NCBI GenBank assembly: GCA_009781475.1
Contig: WQYB01000001.1
Span: 4,489 to 68,488, forward strand
Reading direction: 5' to 3'
DNA length: 64,000 nucleotides
From: Treponema sp.
GTDB taxonomy: Bacteria; Spirochaetota; Spirochaetia; Treponematales; Breznakiellaceae
Made by a program: the position numbers and the translations under genes
Shown here: piece after piece, positions 1 to 10,093 of the stretch
How the letters are laid out: each line of letters opens with the position of its first letter
Position numbering within the stretch: position 1 is the first letter of the stretch
The notes under the pieces: generated by a model
Told to the model about the DNA's origin: nothing
The model's database searches: none
What the model saw: the letters and a program-made list of their open reading frames with translations, nothing else

Positions 1-1771
1 TTTTTAATTTTTTTAATGCCTGACAAACTTTTGAATAACTTCCCTGTGAAACTGCGATTCGCAGGGAATAGAACAAGGCTCTGTGAACAAATTCTGTCTG
101 TTCTTTCTCCGGCGTTCGTTTTATTGCGCTTGAAAGCAGTTTTTCCGCAGCGGATATATCACCTTGATAATATTTTAATTCACCTTCTGCCAAATCAGCA
201 TGACCTGTATCAAAATCCTTAAAACACTTTGACATATGCATAACTGTACGGCTTAAAGCATCTATGAAATCCTGCGGAGATCCTTCCCTTGAAGAGCCGA
301 CCATACATATCCATGCCCCGGGGCTTGGGCTGATATAATTACCCGGATCAACTTTTTCCGGAAAACATTTACTGAGTTTTTCAAAGTAAAGATCAAAATC
401 ATAACAATCATCTGTTATACACATTGCAAACCGCATTCTTGCCCAGCTGTAATAAACACCTGCTAATGTATTTTTCAGCTGCACGTCGGAAAATTTAGTT
501 AATTCTAAATATTTAGCTTCATAATTTTCTGCCAGTTCAATAGCTTTTTTTACCTGTCCTAAAGATACATAACACCGTAAATGTATAGCGGCAAGGTAAC
601 CTGTTGTTTCAAATATTTTTGAAGGAGCCCTTTCAAGAATTGCCGCAGTGTATTTTGCGATATCCGCCGGAATTTGGACAGGTAAATCAGGAAAAACAGA
701 AGCTATCGAATCATAATCTTTATTTTTTTCAAAGTAGGCAAGCGCGTCAATATAAAAACCATTTCTTTTACACCAGTTACCTGTAATTGTATAGGTTTCC
801 CGTTTTTGTTCTTCAGACAGAAATTCCTGCTTTGCTGCCAAAAATTCCTTATACAAAGGATGAATTAAATATGCATTGATAAAATTATCACGACGTACAA
901 AAGAATTTTGTTTTTCCAATTCGCTTATAAGTTCCTTGTCTCCCATTGCTAAAAGGTTGATAAGTTCGACTGCCAGATGATCAATCAAGGAAAGTTGTAT
1001 TAAAAAAGACTGTAAACGTTTTGATATTTCATTCCAATCCTGCGCTTCCATTAATTGGAAAATATTCGTTTTCATAGCGTTACGCAGATATCCGCCGTAA
1101 CCCGGCGCTTTTTGATACGACCTTGCAATAATATTAATGGCAAAAATCCAGCCGCCGGTATCCTTCATTATTTCCCGAAGGCTGTCCGGTTCGGGAATAT
1201 AGTTAAGACTGCGGAAATATTGAGCAAGTTCGCTTTCGGTAAAGCGCAGATCATCTTCATTTATTTTGAATACCTGGTTTTTGGATTCGAGAGCGGCAAT
1301 ATTAACACGGGGAGTGGAGCGGGAAATAAAAAAAAGCGAAGTTCCCGGAGGTAATTTTAAGATAATACATTCATTAATAAAACGAATAATGGAAGGGTCT
1401 TCTATAAAGTGAAAGTCATCCAGAATAATTACTTTACGTTTTGCTTCAGTATATTTTTGCCACAAGCAAAGATATTGATTCATCTTGTCTTTGGTATCCG
1501 GAAAGCCAAGTTCGCCGATTGCTTTTGCCAGAGGTTTATTATCCTTTACCAGAGTATTGATGTAATTTTCCCAAAAACGAGATCCCATATTGTCACGTTT
1601 TGAATGCTGAATCCACGCTTTTGTTGTTTCATAACTATTCAAAAAATCATGCATAGCGCTTGTTTTGCCGTAACCTGCTCCGGCACAAATTATAACTACA
1701 GGGTATTTAACAGCTTCTATAAAAAGGTTATTTAATCTGGGTCGTTTAAAATGAAAAGGATCATTAAACAT
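1..1771 (-). CDS. MalT-like (STAND ATPase) LuxR-family transcriptional regulator, 3' part outside window
   Basis: Own translation from ATG at 1771: MFNDPFHFKRPRLNNLFIEAVKYPVVIICAGAGYGKTSA. RPRL and the Walker A motif are typical of MalT-like proteins. Not in the ORF track because the stop lies beyond the edge. Confidence 0.8.
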   Translation of the reverse strand, partial: MFNDPFHFKRPRLNNLFIEAVKYPVVIICAGAGYGKTSAMHDFLNSYETTKAWIQHSKRDNMGSRFWENYINTLVKDNKPLAKAIGELGFPDTKDKMNQYLCLWQKYTEAKRKVIILDDFHFIEDPSIIRFINECIILKLPPGTSLFFISRSTPRVNIAALESKNQVFKINEDDLRFTESELAQYFRSLNYIPEPDSLREIMKDTGGWIFAINIIARSYQKAPGYGGYLRNAMKTNIFQLMEAQDWNEISKRLQSFLIQLSLIDHLAVELINLLAMGDKELISELEKQNSFVRRDNFINAYLIHPLYKEFLAAKQEFLSEEQKRETYTITGNWCKRNGFYIDALAYFEKNKDYDSIASVFPDLPVQIPADIAKYTAAILERAPSKIFETTGYLAAIHLRCYVSLGQVKKAIELAENYEAKYLELTKFSDVQLKNTLAGVYYSWARMRFAMCITDDCYDFDLYFEKLSKCFPEKVDPGNYISPSPGAWICMVGSSREGSPQDFIDALSRTVMHMSKCFKDFDTGHADLAEGELKYYQGDISAAEKLLSSAIKRTPEKEQTEFVHRALFYSLRIAVSQGSYSKVCQALKKLK

Positions 1772-1936
1772 TATAATATTATTATTTTATAATAATATGT
1801 AGAAATTTACAACAAAATTACGCATATCTTCGTTATAATGATAACTGGTCTTTATAAAGACATAAAAAGGCGGTTCGATATGAGCAAATAATGGTCGATA
1901 TTAATAAAAATACGAGAATAATTATTGAAAAAAGTC

Positions 1937-1965
1937 TTGACACTATTCCATAACTAATATAAACT
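1937..1965 (+). promoter_or_regulatory. sigma70-type promoter TTGACA-17-TAAACT
   Basis: TTGACA at 1937-1942 and TAAACT at 1960-1965; ATG 7 nt downstream at 1973. Confidence 0.7.
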
Positions 1966-1989
1966 CAAAATCATGAAAAAAAAACAGTA

Positions 1990-4767
1990 ATGTGGATTAT
2001 GTTCGCTGCCTTTATGGCAGTTTTCCTCGGCTGCGGTATTCTATGTCTTTTAAATCTTGATGTTTTAAATAATAAACCTTTTCAGCAAACAACCTCATTT
2101 ATCGCTCCGGCTATGGCAAAGTATGAACGGGACGGTAATTTATATGTCATAGACAGCGGATCTTTTCGTCTTATTTGTATGTCAACAGACGGAGACATAC
2201 ACTATACAATTTCTATTGATATTTTAAATGAATACCTGCGAATTGTTGATTCTGTAATTGACGATGCCGGAAATCTATATGTGTATGCGATAGAAGCAGA
2301 GTATGACGCACTTTTAACAAAAAGGGATATTATCAGAAAATATGATAATCGCGGACGTTTTGTTAAAGATATTCTTAGTATCAGTTATAATGATGTTTAC
2401 AGTAATCCTCGTCTTTTTTATCAATTTGGATCATTTAAATATGATGACGGTATAATTAATTTTTCTCAAACTGCCAAAGACAGAGTAACAAAATATCAAT
2501 ATGATACTTTTCGGGATCAATTAAGTTCGTCAGTTAAAACTGAGGTTATTCCTGGAGTAGCAATTGATAATTATTTGGTTGCTCAGCTTATTATGAAAGA
2601 CACCCTTAATTACGCTTATGTTCTTCGTGACGGTGATATTTATGAAGTAAAAAACGGATCGCATCCGGTGCTTAGAGCTTCGTTTGATTGGACTTTAAAT
2701 GACGGCGGTATTATTCCCTGGTTTATTTTTTATGATGATGATGACAATCTTGTATTTTTTGATATGGGCTCCAATAATTTGTTTAGAATTGCAGCAGATT
2801 TATCAGAACCTGTAAATAATTCTTACAAGGATCGTTTGCATCGAATTGTACCGGAAAGATTTTTCCAGCCTTTAATAGCGCAAGGCGAAATGCCTGAACT
2901 TAAAGGGTTTGGTTTTTATGAAAATACTTATGCAGGCGTATACGGTGAAGTTGTATGGATGTATGACGGTTTAAATTTTACCGTCTTTGACGATGATGTT
3001 TTACTTCCTGTGAATGAAAGAATGTATATTGCAATAGTTCAGATTGCTTTACTAATAGGAGCTTTGGCGCTTATCGGCGGATTATGCGTATTGTTTATCG
3101 GTATCATGAAACGTTATATTTCGCTGTTTATCAAACAAACTGTTATTATTATTCCTTTATTAATAATCGCATTTATTATTGTATTTTACGTTACATTTAA
3201 TTTGATGACAGAAAGATTACAGCATGCTTTATTTAACGAAATGACATCTTTAGCTGTGTTATCTGCAAAAATGGTTAATGGAGATGAACTTGATAATATT
3301 AATTCCATCAAGGATTTTCATACCGATGAATACAAAAAACTTTCACAATTTGTTAAAGAGATTGTAGGGTTTAATGCCGATCCCTGGAACAAAGCCTATT
3401 ACGCCGCTGTTTTTAAGGGAGATAATTTTGAATATATTGTAGCTATTTCATGTGAAGAATTAAATATTTTCCGTCCCGATGAATTACTTGAAGGTGAAGA
3501 ATACGATATTTTTATGAGCGGTCAGCCTGTTGCCATGATTCTTGAATTATTTAACGGGGAATGGGCTTTTGCAGGAGCGCCGATATACAATAGTGAAGGA
3601 AAAATTTCCGGTATGTTTGAAGTCGGGCTTGATATGACAGGTTATGAAATCGGTAATGCAAGATTAAAAGCGCAGGTTGCGCTTATTGTTACTGGAGTTT
3701 GTTTATTTATTTTAGTTGTTCTTTCAATTCTGGTTTCTACAATTGTCAAACAGCTTTCTGTTGCAGGCAGGGTATTGCATAACATAGCAAGCGGCGACAG
3801 ATCTGCCCGTGTTTCTTATGTAGCAAGAGACGAGCTTGGAAAAGTCAGCCACGGTCTTAACAGCATGGCAGAAGAGCTGCAAGGTCAATTTGATCGTATA
3901 ACAACGCTTAATGAATCAACAATCAGATTTGTACCGATACAGTTTATGGAACATTTAGGCGTTTCTGACATTACTAAAATGAAACTTGGTGATAACGTAC
4001 AGCGTGATATTAGCGTTTTATTTTTTGATATACGGTATTTTTCAATTAATTCAGAAATGATGACAGCGCGTGAAAACTTTGTTTTTATTAACAGAATATT
4101 AAGTATAGCAGGACCTATTATCCGTAAAAATAATGGATTTGTCGATAAATATATTGGTGATGCAGCAATGGCATTGTTTGTTAACGGAATTGACGCTGTA
4201 AGAGCCGGTATAGAATTATATCAAACGCTGGTTGTTGATAAAGAAACAAAAGTTACAATCGGAGTTGACGGTATCAGTATTGGAATCGGAATACATACAG
4301 GTTCTGTAATGATGGGAATTGTCGGCGAGAATGAACGGCTTTCAAGTACTGTTATTTCACCTAACGTTAATTTGGCATCCCGTGTAGAAGGTCTTTCAAA
4401 ACAAACAGGTTCCGGATTGCTGATAACAAGGGATACAATGAACCAGCTTGCAGGTATGGAAGAAGAGTTTGCATACAGATTTATCGGAATGGTGCAAGCA
4501 GCCGGCGTAAATGAAGTTGTCGGTTTATTTGATATGCTGGATGCTCTTTCTCCGAAAGAAAGACATTTACGCCTTAAAACAAAAACAGTTTTTGAATCTG
4601 GTGTGCGTAAATACCATATGAAGGATTATGAGGCTTCTGTTCAGCGTTTTGAAAAAGTGGTTGAAACAGATCCGGACGATTTATGCGCAGTTCACCATCT
4701 TTCGGAAGCAAAAAGGCATCTGCAAAATCCGTCTATGCCAAGTGTATTTGTTTTTGATAAAAAATAG
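1990..4767 (+). CDS. Membrane-bound class III adenylate/guanylate cyclase (extracytoplasmic propeller-like region, TM, HAMP, cyclase domain)
   Basis: Cyclase motifs FFDIRYFS, DKYIGDA, GIGIHTG, VNLASRVE; HAMP motif RDELGKVSHGLNSMA. The true start may be 1973 (see findings). Confidence 0.9.
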   Translation: MWIMFAAFMAVFLGCGILCLLNLDVLNNKPFQQTTSFIAPAMAKYERDGNLYVIDSGSFRLICMSTDGDIHYTISIDILNEYLRIVDSVIDDAGNLYVYAIEAEYDALLTKRDIIRKYDNRGRFVKDILSISYNDVYSNPRLFYQFGSFKYDDGIINFSQTAKDRVTKYQYDTFRDQLSSSVKTEVIPGVAIDNYLVAQLIMKDTLNYAYVLRDGDIYEVKNGSHPVLRASFDWTLNDGGIIPWFIFYDDDDNLVFFDMGSNNLFRIAADLSEPVNNSYKDRLHRIVPERFFQPLIAQGEMPELKGFGFYENTYAGVYGEVVWMYDGLNFTVFDDDVLLPVNERMYIAIVQIALLIGALALIGGLCVLFIGIMKRYISLFIKQTVIIIPLLIIAFIIVFYVTFNLMTERLQHALFNEMTSLAVLSAKMVNGDELDNINSIKDFHTDEYKKLSQFVKEIVGFNADPWNKAYYAAVFKGDNFEYIVAISCEELNIFRPDELLEGEEYDIFMSGQPVAMILELFNGEWAFAGAPIYNSEGKISGMFEVGLDMTGYEIGNARLKAQVALIVTGVCLFILVVLSILVSTIVKQLSVAGRVLHNIASGDRSARVSYVARDELGKVSHGLNSMAEELQGQFDRITTLNESTIRFVPIQFMEHLGVSDITKMKLGDNVQRDISVLFFDIRYFSINSEMMTARENFVFINRILSIAGPIIRKNNGFVDKYIGDAAMALFVNGIDAVRAGIELYQTLVVDKETKVTIGVDGISIGIGIHTGSVMMGIVGENERLSSTVISPNVNLASRVEGLSKQTGSGLLITRDTMNQLAGMEEEFAYRFIGMVQAAGVNEVVGLFDMLDALSPKERHLRLKTKTVFESGVRKYHMKDYEASVQRFEKVVETDPDDLCAVHHLSEAKRHLQNPSMPSVFVFDKK

Positions 4768-4781
4768 TAAATGGAATTTTT

Positions 4782-5855
4782 TTAAAAACTTAAATACTCG
4801 GTAAAGTATTCGTTAAAATTCGGATGAAAAGCTAAATTAATCTCTGTAAAATCAGATAATAGATTTTTTATTTTAATATTTGATAAATTTGGCGAAAGCA
4901 ATGTACAAACCGCTCCTCCAAGAGAAGCATTCCCTATTGCTGAACATATATTTTTTAATTCAAGCGGTATTAATCCTATTGTAACAGCATAGTTTATATC
5001 CATAACCTGTCCGATGCCGCCTGCAAGATATACGGCGTCTATATCTTTGTAAACAAGATTGTTAGTTTCTAAAAGGATTTCCAAACCGGATCTAATAGCA
5101 GATTTTGCAAGCTGTAAATCGCTTGTATTTTCGTAAGCATTTCCATTTATATTTTCAAACGCAGAACCTGCGGCAGTAGAAGTTACTGTTAATTTTCCGT
5201 TGTTGTATAAAACCAGCTCTCCATTAGTGCCAAGGTCTATTAATAAAAAGCGATTTTTTTCCTGCGGTATTACATGGAGAAGACCTGCCATAATATCGCC
5301 GCCAACAAATGCCGCAAACCAGGGAATTATTTGTACAGGGCAAGTGAAATCCTGCGTTAAAAAAATATCGTTGAAATTATATTGCAGTGCCAAATTAAAC
5401 GAAGGTTTAAAAGGAGCGGCTCCAAGGCTTTCGCAGGGGAAACCTAATAGTAAATAAATCATGGTTGTATTACCGGCAATTGATATATCGATTATTTGAT
5501 TTGACTGTATTTTTTGAAATTCCAATAATTCATTTAAACATTTAAGTAGACTTTCTTTAATTAAACTGCGAAGTTCGTCTAGATGTCCTTCGTTTGCGGC
5601 TTTTATTCTGGAGATTACATCGGAACCGAATTTTCGCTGAGGGTTAAGAAAATTGCGGCGGTTTAATATTTTTCCGTTTGATAGATCCAAAAGAGCTAAT
5701 ACTACGGTAGTAGTGCCAATATCTATTGCAATTCCGTATCCGTCACGCTGCTGGAAATTTATACTATCGTTTAATTTATCATTAAACTCAGTGAGAATTG
5801 GAAATGATGAGCATTTTCCGCAAACTATACAGTTTTTTGTACAATTATTTAACAT
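4782..5855 (-). CDS. ASKHA-domain (DUF4445/RACo-like) reductive activator of corrinoid proteins, shortened form
   Basis: IDIGTTT, NPQRKFGSDVISRI, FVGGDI, DLGTNGE, LQLAKSAI, YLAGG, GNASLGGA; N-terminal CxxxCxxCxxC. Confidence 0.85.
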   Translation of the reverse strand: MLNNCTKNCIVCGKCSSFPILTEFNDKLNDSINFQQRDGYGIAIDIGTTTVVLALLDLSNGKILNRRNFLNPQRKFGSDVISRIKAANEGHLDELRSLIKESLLKCLNELLEFQKIQSNQIIDISIAGNTTMIYLLLGFPCESLGAAPFKPSFNLALQYNFNDIFLTQDFTCPVQIIPWFAAFVGGDIMAGLLHVIPQEKNRFLLIDLGTNGELVLYNNGKLTVTSTAAGSAFENINGNAYENTSDLQLAKSAIRSGLEILLETNNLVYKDIDAVYLAGGIGQVMDINYAVTIGLIPLELKNICSAIGNASLGGAVCTLLSPNLSNIKIKNLLSDFTEINLAFHPNFNEYFTEYLSF

Positions 5856-5890
5856 GACAATTAACTTAAAGTATATTAAAATATTTGATA

Positions 5891-6964
5891 ATGACAAGTA
5901 AAGAAAGAATATCAAATATCCTATTACGGAAAAAAGCGGACAGGATAGGGCTTTTTGAACATTTCTGGGTAGACACTCAAAAGGATTATGTGGAAAAAGG
6001 TAAAATTGCAGAAGGCGAAAACCTTGAAGAACATTTTAATTTAGATATTAACTTAGACTGGAATTTTAATATGGTGCTCGATCAGGATTATCAAAATGAA
6101 ACAATACGTGAAGACGAAGAAACAATCACAATGAAAGACGGTAACGGCGCACTTTTAAGAAGGCACAAATACCATGACACTACGCCAGAGCATATTGATT
6201 TTTCGATCAAGGAACGGCAGGACTGGGAAAAAGTTAAAGAAAAACTTTTACAGGAGCCGGAAAAAAGAATTAATTTTGAAGGTTATCGAAAAGCAAAAGC
6301 CGAAGCTGCGTCAAATGGACGTTTTTTTGCATGGAGCGGAGTTAATGTATTTGAATGTATTCATCCGATTTGCGGACACGAAAATATGCTTGCAGGCATG
6401 GCTTTAGACCCGGACTGGATTACAGAAATGTCGAAAACTTACGCAGAGCTTACAGTTAAATTGCAGGAAATACTTTTTGAAAGGGAAGGGTATCCTGACG
6501 GCGTATGGTATTATGAAGATTTGGGTTTTAAAGAAAAATCATTTATGTCACCTAACATGTACAAGGAATTAATATTTCCGGGTCATAAATATACATTTGA
6601 TTTTGCGCACAAAAAAGGATTACCTGTTATAATGCACTCCTGCGGTTTTGTCGAACCATTACTGCCGGCAATGATCGAAGCGGGTATTGATTGCCTGCAG
6701 GTAATCGAAATAAAAGCTGGAATGGATTTACTGCGGATCTATCATCAATACGGCGATAAAATCGCATTAATGGGCGGTATCGACGTTCGAGCGCTTTACA
6801 CCAACGATAAAAAAATAATCGACAAAGAACTGGAAAGCAAAATTCCAATTGTTAAACAAGGTTTTGGATATATCGCACACAGCGATCATTCAATTCCAAA
6901 AACAGTTGATTATGAAATATTTAGATATTATATTGACAGAGCATTGGAATTAGGCATTTATTAG
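5891..6964 (+). CDS. Uroporphyrinogen decarboxylase/MtaA-CmuA family protein (putative corrinoid-dependent methyltransferase)
   Basis: YEDLG, MHSCG, MGGID, HSDHSIP; next to corrinoid and ASKHA genes. Confidence 0.85.
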   Translation: MTSKERISNILLRKKADRIGLFEHFWVDTQKDYVEKGKIAEGENLEEHFNLDINLDWNFNMVLDQDYQNETIREDEETITMKDGNGALLRRHKYHDTTPEHIDFSIKERQDWEKVKEKLLQEPEKRINFEGYRKAKAEAASNGRFFAWSGVNVFECIHPICGHENMLAGMALDPDWITEMSKTYAELTVKLQEILFEREGYPDGVWYYEDLGFKEKSFMSPNMYKELIFPGHKYTFDFAHKKGLPVIMHSCGFVEPLLPAMIEAGIDCLQVIEIKAGMDLLRIYHQYGDKIALMGGIDVRALYTNDKKIIDKELESKIPIVKQGFGYIAHSDHSIPKTVDYEIFRYYIDRALELGIY

Positions 6965-6994
6965 TTTTCCCGCATCAATCATCTGTTTTCGATG

Positions 6995-8248
6995 TTATAG
7001 CTTCTTAAAAAACCTACACGAAAATAATGCAATAATCGCTGATAATATTGCTGTTACAAAAATAACGATCCAGGGAATCCCTGCAAAATATTCAAAAAGA
7101 GTTCCAAAAAGCAGCATTCCCAAAGCATTTGCAATAAATGGTACGATCATTAATATCGATAATACCTTTCCGATTAATTCTGATGGTGTTACATTTTGAA
7201 CAAAAGTTATCGCGGCTGTATTGCATATTTGCATTGTTACAAGAACCAAAGTGCCTGATATTGTCATTATTATATACGCGAAAAAAGCAGGTACATCTAT
7301 TATTAAAACAATACCAATCGAAGTTAGTAATATACAACTGACGGCAATATATAAAAATGATCTTGAAAGAGTTAATCTTGATCCCATAATACCTGCAATA
7401 ATACCGCCGATAATTCCTCCGAGCATTAAAAAACTTTGGTTTATTCCAACCAGTTCCATGCCAAGTTTCAAATGCAGAGTAATAAGAACTGGAAGCCCAA
7501 TAATTAATAAAGAAGCCAACAGAGTAATTATTAAAAATATTATGAAAGCCAGTTTCGCCAGTATTGGTTTTTCTTTAACTGCAAATTTAACCGATAAAGA
7601 CATATCACTTTTTATTAACTGGAAAACATTTCCCGCAGCATCTTGTTTTTTAAACGGAATACGAATAAATAAATCCATAACCGCTGTAATTGCAAAACAA
7701 ATCGCGCTTGCAGCCAATATTGGAAAAAGTCCAAATCTGCCGTAAAGCACACCCGCGACAGACAAACCTGCCATACTTGAAAACGAGTTTACAATACCGA
7801 CAGCGGCATTCCCCGATGTAAGTTTATCAGACGGAACCAAAGACGGCACTCCTGCCTGAACAGCGGGGATATACATTCCCTGAATCGCGTTAAGAGCCAG
7901 AAGTTTTACAATAACAATTAAAATTGCGGTTGGAATATCCGAAATTAAAAATCCGCTTACCATCATGTACAGTAAAATAATAAAAGTTGTAGAGACATCA
8001 AGCCAAAACATTATTTTTTGTTTTTTAAGCCTATCCGCCATAATACCGCCGATAGGAGTCAATATTATAAGCGAAATATACGGCAGCCCGGAAACAAGCC
8101 CGTACATTGCAGCAGATCCGCTGATGTCAAGAACAAAAAGGGCAAGCGCAAAACTTAAAACCATATTACCGAATATCGAAATTACCTGCCCCGCGATTAC
8201 AAGCGAAAAATCCCTGTTCCAAAGTTTTGTTACTGTTGTTGTTTCCAA
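6995..8248 (-). CDS. MFS transporter
   Basis: About 12 hydrophobic segments; GQVISIFG and GGIMADRLKKQKIM (MFS motif A-like); TTG start with AAGGAA upstream. Confidence 0.9.
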   Translation of the reverse strand: METTTVTKLWNRDFSLVIAGQVISIFGNMVLSFALALFVLDISGSAAMYGLVSGLPYISLIILTPIGGIMADRLKKQKIMFWLDVSTTFIILLYMMVSGFLISDIPTAILIVIVKLLALNAIQGMYIPAVQAGVPSLVPSDKLTSGNAAVGIVNSFSSMAGLSVAGVLYGRFGLFPILAASAICFAITAVMDLFIRIPFKKQDAAGNVFQLIKSDMSLSVKFAVKEKPILAKLAFIIFLIITLLASLLIIGLPVLITLHLKLGMELVGINQSFLMLGGIIGGIIAGIMGSRLTLSRSFLYIAVSCILLTSIGIVLIIDVPAFFAYIIMTISGTLVLVTMQICNTAAITFVQNVTPSELIGKVLSILMIVPFIANALGMLLFGTLFEYFAGIPWIVIFVTAILSAIIALFSCRFFKKL

Positions 8249-8416
8249 TTTAGTTTTCCTTTATTTTATATATTATAGATTAATGTGGTTTTATTGAATC
8301 ACTTTTATCTGTATTTAAAGAATGGGATACTCCTGTACGTTCAAAATCAATTAAATTCCTCTTTTTTCACAAAATTTGTATAAAGTAATATATACTATAT
8401 ATAAGGATGATTTAAA

Positions 8417-9421
8417 TTGAGAAAACCTGATTTTAACAACATCTTAAAAGTACTTCAGCGGCAAACCCCGGATAGACCCACTTTGTTTGAATTTTTTCTT
8501 AATCCGCCGTTGTATGCGTTTCTTGCAGGCTGTGATTCATCGGAGTTTTCTTATCCGTATGTAAAAGTCGAACCTGTAATGTCTGCTTTTGCCGCCGCAG
8601 GTTATGATTACGCTACCGTACATGGTTCAACCTTTCATTTTTCAACAGGACAAAAAGATTCTGAAAAGACCCACTCATTAAATGATGGAGCGGTTATCAC
8701 AGGCCGTGAAAGTTTTGACTCCTATGTCTGGAATGATCCCGATACATTTGATTACTCTGCGATTAAAAACGTTATACCGCTGCAAGGTATGAAATTGATG
8801 GTATGTGCGCCAAGCGGTATTTTGGAAAATGTAATCGCTTTATGCGGTTACGAAAATTTGTGTATCATGACTTATGAAGAACCGCAGCTTGTTTATGATA
8901 TTTTTGAACAGGTTGGAAGCCGGTTGCTTAGATATTATGAATTGAGTATCAAACAAAAAGCCGTAGGAATTTTAATGAGTAATGATGATTGGGGTTTTAA
9001 TACACAAACAATGCTTTCTCCGATAGATATGCGCAAGTATGTTTTTCCATGGCATAAAAAAATTGTAGAACTTGCTCACGAGACAGGAATACCTGCAGTT
9101 TTACATTCATGCGGCAATCTTAACGAAATTATGGACGATATAATCGATGATTTAAAATACGATGGTAAACACTCTTATGAAGATAATATATTATGTGTTG
9201 AGGACGCATACCGCAAATGGAATAGCCGTATAGCCATACTTGGCGGAATAGATTTAAATTTTGTTGTGTCTAGAACACCAGCGGAAATTACAGCGCGTTC
9301 CTGTGTTATGCTGGAACTGGGTAAAACAGGATACGCGCTTGGAACAGGCAACAGTGTTCCTGATTATGTCCCATGGGAAAATTATTTTGCCATGACAAAA
9401 GCAGTATTAGATAAAAATTAA
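8417..9421 (+). CDS. UroD/MtaA-CmuA family protein
   Basis: NDDWGF, LHSCGN, LGGID, ALGTGNSVP; TTG start with AAGGA. Confidence 0.85.
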   Translation: MRKPDFNNILKVLQRQTPDRPTLFEFFLNPPLYAFLAGCDSSEFSYPYVKVEPVMSAFAAAGYDYATVHGSTFHFSTGQKDSEKTHSLNDGAVITGRESFDSYVWNDPDTFDYSAIKNVIPLQGMKLMVCAPSGILENVIALCGYENLCIMTYEEPQLVYDIFEQVGSRLLRYYELSIKQKAVGILMSNDDWGFNTQTMLSPIDMRKYVFPWHKKIVELAHETGIPAVLHSCGNLNEIMDDIIDDLKYDGKHSYEDNILCVEDAYRKWNSRIAILGGIDLNFVVSRTPAEITARSCVMLELGKTGYALGTGNSVPDYVPWENYFAMTKAVLDKN

Positions 9422-9436
9422 TAAAGGAGAGGAATT

Positions 9437-10087
9437 ATGAGTACGGTTTTAAATGAAATTTCTGTTAATTTGCAAAAAGGTATGGCAAAAGTTGTAAAAG
9501 AGCTTGTTACAAAAGCGCTTGAAGAAAAGATTTCTGCAAAAGACATACTAGAGCAAAGTTTGATCTCTTCTATGGATATTGTCGCAGAAAAGTTTAAAAA
9601 TAATGAAGTTTATGTTCCCGAAGTATTAATCGCTGCGCGGGCAATGAATGGCGCAATGGAAATCTTAAAACCGCATTTAATCGAAAGCGGAGCGCAGCCT
9701 GTAGGTAAAGCATTAATAGGAACTGTAAAAGGCGATCTTCATGACATTGGTAAAAATCTTGTGCGCATGATGTTCGAAGGAAAAGGTATAGAAGTTATCG
9801 ATTTAGGCGTTGATGTGCCGCCTGAAAAGTTTATCGAAGCGCAAAAAAAAGAAAATGCCGATGTAATTGCGTTATCCGCTCTTTTAACAACAACAATGGG
9901 TGAAATGAAAAATACTGTAGAGGCGTTTGTAAACGAAGGTATACGTGATGATGTAGTTATTATGATAGGCGGCGCTCCCGTAACAGATGAATTTTGCAAA
10001 AGCGTAGGTGCAGATATATACACAGCAGATGCAGCAAGCGCGGCAGAAGAAGCAAAAAACGCGATTCTAAAAAGAAAAGCAGCGTGA
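9437..10087 (+). CDS. Corrinoid (cobalamin-binding) methyl-acceptor protein, MtbC/MttC-like
   Basis: GTVKGDLHDIGKNLV B12-binding motif, SALLTTTM, IGGAPV; RBS AAGGAGAGG. Confidence 0.95.
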   Translation: MSTVLNEISVNLQKGMAKVVKELVTKALEEKISAKDILEQSLISSMDIVAEKFKNNEVYVPEVLIAARAMNGAMEILKPHLIESGAQPVGKALIGTVKGDLHDIGKNLVRMMFEGKGIEVIDLGVDVPPEKFIEAQKKENADVIALSALLTTTMGEMKNTVEAFVNEGIRDDVVIMIGGAPVTDEFCKSVGADIYTADAASAAEEAKNAILKRKAA

Positions 10088-10093
10088 TGTTTT

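Noticed and set aside
16-1603. Short plus-strand ORFs at the window start and other nested antisense ORFs in the track
   Set aside because: They lie opposite longer, motif-supported genes and have no recognisable features.
1834-1953. TATAAT plus RBS-like AAAGGCGG, then ATG-AGC-AAA-TAA and a 20-codon ORF
   Set aside because: Could be the stump of a deleted gene controlled by the MalT-like regulator, but it is too short to support.
8249-8416. Cobalamin riboswitch near the corrinoid genes
   Set aside because: The intergenic region is short and AT-rich, without a recognisable B12 box.
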